The notes beneath the pieces were generated by a model. It saw only the letters and a program-made list of their open reading frames with translations. It had not been told where the DNA came from and did not search any database. A program made the position numbers and the translations under genes. From a virus (lineage: Duplodnaviria; Heunggongvirae; Uroviricota; Caudoviricetes), in IMG/VR virus record IMGVR_UViG_2711768048_000005, positions 1-35,583 of that record: a DNA stretch of 35,583 nt, one strand, 5' to 3'. Positions 33,110 through 35,583 of this stretch are shown here, piece after piece; the stretch's first letter is position 1; each line of letters begins with the position of its first letter.

Positions 33110-33211
33110 TTAATGATACTTGAAAGCATTACACACAGCAGAAATGCCAATGTGAGCAAATGAATATACGATAGTTAATCCTACAGCCAGATAAATCAAA
33201 AATTCAACCAT
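33110..33211 (-). CDS. small hydrophobic peptide (33 aa), speculative
   Basis: ATG with GAGGA 8 nt upstream; product MVEFLIYLAVGLTIVYSFAHIGISAVCNAFKYH. Confidence 0.25.
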   Translation of the reverse strand: MVEFLIYLAVGLTIVYSFAHIGISAVCNAFKYH

Positions 33212-33241
33212 AGGTAAATCCTCAAATAAGAAAAAGGTTAG

Positions 33242-33260
33242 CGGGGGATGTTCTCCCCCG
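33242..33260 (-). terminator. hairpin terminator downstream of the terminase small subunit candidate
   Basis: cggggga-tgttc-tcccccg with a T-tract on the minus strand. Confidence 0.45.
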
Positions 33261-33307
33261 TAGACGTTGACCATCAACATCTTTCATACATTTATTTATA
33301 ACGCGTT

Positions 33308-33862
33308 TTAAGACACATCAAATTCATCGTCTTCTTCTGGTTCTTGTTCCGGTTCATCCATTAATGGTAATTCTTCTTCCTCGTCTTCTCCCAAATCAGC
33401 ATTTTCGAACAAGTCCCCTACTTCATTTAAACGACGCTCGATGATCTCCCTTAGCTTATTCTTCAATGTTTTCTGATCGGTAGCAGATTCGAGAATTTCT
33501 AAAGCATCGATCGTACAAATCTGCAAGATAGTCTGCTTCACCTTCCCACAATATTCAGCTAGCTCCTGTTCTACATAACCGACCGGAATCAGGAGGTTCA
33601 TCGCTTCCTGGTTCTCTCGTTCGGCTGCATCTGCTAAAGCACGTTCACGGCGTAATTTCTCTACATCGATTTGTTCTTTGATAGAAGTTTGTTTAAGCGG
33701 GTTGATAATATTTTTCAAGACCCATTCTGTTCCTTCTTTGGCTGGCACGCGGCGGGTATTGGTGTTAAATGGCAATCCCCTTTCTATCCATCGCTTAGCG
33801 CCACCATTCAATGAATAGCCGTATAAACGGGAAATTTCTGTAAGGGTTAATTCTTCTTTCAT
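33308..33862 (-). CDS. terminase small subunit candidate (Nu1-like HTH protein)
   Basis: 184 aa. N-terminal HTH-like segment (LTLTEISRLYGYSLNGGAKRWIERGLPF), central EKLRRE motif and acidic C-terminus, matching lambda Nu1 architecture as I recall it. Unusually, it is 6.3 kb from the terminase large subunit. Confidence 0.5.
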   Translation of the reverse strand: MKEELTLTEISRLYGYSLNGGAKRWIERGLPFNTNTRRVPAKEGTEWVLKNIINPLKQTSIKEQIDVEKLRRERALADAAERENQEAMNLLIPVGYVEQELAEYCGKVKQTILQICTIDALEILESATDQKTLKNKLREIIERRLNEVGDLFENADLGEDEEEELPLMDEPEQEPEEDDEFDVS

Positions 33863-34220
33863 TGGTTATCCTCCATTAAATTTGCGTAATTTTATTTATT
33901 GGTTTTACGCACAATCTAAGCGCCTAAATCGCATTCTAACGAAGGGAAAGATCCAGTAATGGTAAGGGTTAGGAAGTGGGTTAATAGTCGCGTAGCGACC
34001 GCGCCATGAGTGAAGTGATCACGTTTTAGATCCTGACGCGCACATGAAACACCGCCGTGCCGAAAACTCCCTTTATTTCATCCGTGGAACAGTACCTTTT
34101 TAATTTGTCAAGCATTAATTTCTTAATTTAATTACTAAATCTCATCCCAATAATTGAAAAAATATCAAAAATCAATAAAGTAAGCATCTAAAAGTCAGTC
34201 CATACCAAAAGAGGTATAAA

Positions 34221-35000
34221 ATGAAAAACATTATCGCTGCTATCGTGCTTTCTGCTACTGCTTTCGGTGCTGATGCTGCGTCCTTTGATTGCACTAAGGC
34301 TACTACCAAATCAGAGAAGTTTATTTGTGCTAACGAGTCTATCTCCGCGCTGGATTCTAAACTCCATGAGGTATATGTTAAGGCTGTTAAGATTGATCCG
34401 TCGCTTAAACAAGAGCAACGCAACTGGAATAAAACTGTTCGTGATACAATGATCAATATCGGGCAGATTCAGCCACTGGAGGCTGTATACAACGCTCAAA
34501 TCCAAAACTTGATGAATGTATTATCTAAAGAAGAAACCGCGTCAGAGAGCGATTCAGAGACTTCTGCGAAGGTTGAAGAAGAACAACCGAAACAGGAAGA
34601 AGTAAAGAAACTGAATGTTACCGCGATTTACGCATGTACTACAAAATTTACATGGAAAGTTATCGATGGTGAGGAAACAGAAGCTGTAAAAGATAAACTC
34701 TACGGAAACAAAACTTTTGATAATAACGGCGGTAAACTTAAGATCAAAATGGTAGACGATGTTCCGGTATCTTTTGTGTATTCCGACAAGTATGATGTTT
34801 ATAAATCAAGTCTCAAGCCATCTAAAGAGAATCCAAACGCAATGGAAGGTAAATCCAAACAGGATACTATTGGACGTGTTAACACTTATAACATCTGGGT
34901 AAGCAAAAAAGGTGACATGCGTCTTGAAGTAATTGAACCAAAATTTGATTCTGAATATAAACACACTCAATTTGCATGTGACATGGTAGACGCAGAGTAA
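34221..35000 (+). CDS. secreted protein with N-terminal LprI/DUF1311-like (lysozyme-inhibitor-like) domain; moron
   Basis: Signal peptide MKNIIAAIVLSATAFGADA. The following FDCTKATTKSEKFICANESISALDSKLHEVY resembles the Cys-containing LprI-family N-terminal motif. Confidence 0.55.
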   Translation: MKNIIAAIVLSATAFGADAASFDCTKATTKSEKFICANESISALDSKLHEVYVKAVKIDPSLKQEQRNWNKTVRDTMINIGQIQPLEAVYNAQIQNLMNVLSKEETASESDSETSAKVEEEQPKQEEVKKLNVTAIYACTTKFTWKVIDGEETEAVKDKLYGNKTFDNNGGKLKIKMVDDVPVSFVYSDKYDVYKSSLKPSKENPNAMEGKSKQDTIGRVNTYNIWVSKKGDMRLEVIEPKFDSEYKHTQFACDMVDAE

Positions 35001-35008
35001 GAGGTGAA

Positions 35009-35089
35009 ATGATGCAATTCAATAGCATGAAGATTACTCAAAAATGGTGGGATGCGATGAAAGCTAACCACCAGAACGATATTAATTAA
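35009..35089 (+). CDS. small ORF (26 aa), speculative
   Basis: Strong RBS AAGAGGTGA then ATGATG; product MMQFNSMKITQKWWDAMKANHQNDIN. Confidence 0.2.
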   Translation: MMQFNSMKITQKWWDAMKANHQNDIN

Positions 35090-35232
35090 GTAACATTTTA
35101 GATATACAGCACCCAGCTAACAGATCACCTTTTATGGATTTCATTATAACCCCTTTGATCTGGAAACTATGTTAATTAGTTGATTTCTAAGCCTTGTCCT
35201 TGTGATGGGGCTTTTTATTGCAAAATTTTTAG

Positions 35233-35583
35233 TTATTTTGGGTTGACTACATTCGGGTTGCCAATTCGCCTGGCTAACTCTTGCTGAGTGATTTCTGACT
35301 GTAAAAAAGCATTTAACAGCAATACCTTAGAGGCGACGCTCAAAGGTACTTCAATAAAGTGATCGTGACTATTTAATGGCGAAGGTAAAGGGATAAGCTC
35401 GTTATCTTCAAAATAAAAATCAAATGCGGTCAGTAAAGCATCTTTTGCCGCTTCCATCGCTTCAGCGACAGTTTCGCCCTGGGTCAACGCTTCAGGGATA
35501 TCCACAAAAGAAACCATATAACCGCCTTCCGGCGCGGGTGTAAGAGTGACGGGATAACGCATAATTTCGACTGTCTCTCGCAT
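35233..35583 (-). CDS. hicB: HicB antitoxin, 3'-truncated at the prophage junction (host gene; real start MRYPV at about 35562)
   Basis: Translation MRYPVTLTPAPEGGYMVSFVDIPEALTQGETVAEAMEAAKDALLTAFDFYFEDNELIPLPSPLNSHDHFIEVPLSVASKVLLLNAFLQSEITQQELARRIG matches E. coli HicB as I recall it, then diverges into NPNVVNPK-stop at about codon 101. Confidence 0.75.
   Translation of the reverse strand: MRETVEIMRYPVTLTPAPEGGYMVSFVDIPEALTQGETVAEAMEAAKDALLTAFDFYFEDNELIPLPSPLNSHDHFIEVPLSVASKVLLLNAFLQSEITQQELARRIGNPNVVNPK

Noticed and set aside
1-35583. tRNA, rRNA or tmRNA genes
   Set aside because: I saw no cloverleaf-compatible segments with conserved T-loop or anticodon-stem features while reading the intergenic regions. 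The GC-rich hairpins found are better explained as terminators.

Overview
Most of this 35.6-kb window is a siphovirus-type prophage, apparently joined at its right end (about 35.25 kb) to a truncated host hicB antitoxin gene. The late operon runs on the minus strand from the terminase large subunit (25091-26995) through portal, a fused protease-scaffold-capsid gene, a long fibre with a C-terminal chaperone-like domain, tail tube/chaperone/tape-measure genes and a lambda-like tail-tip module ending in a J-like central fibre, then a small lysis-like cluster (about 3.5-5.6 kb). A large serine recombinase lies at 1488-3182 (+). Between the terminase large subunit and a Nu1-like small-subunit candidate (33308-33862) sits a 6.3-kb accessory island with a Rha-like regulator, three paralogous small proteins, a 1.25-kb ORF-free region with iterons, and a strongly codon-biased acidic protein. 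The two observations I rate highest are (1) a perfect (CTTGT)9 tract placed as a slipped-strand ON/OFF switch for a 196-codon gene next to the terminase, and (2) a conserved cassette after both the capsid gene and a putative tail tube gene: TGA stop, an in-frame ~41-codon extension ending VTAKAT plus a basic tail, then a near-identical terminator. Every other stop codon I checked by eye is TAA. All calls come from reading the sequence and ORF track and from recalled family motifs; no database search was run, and hand-derived coordinates may be off by 1-2 nt.
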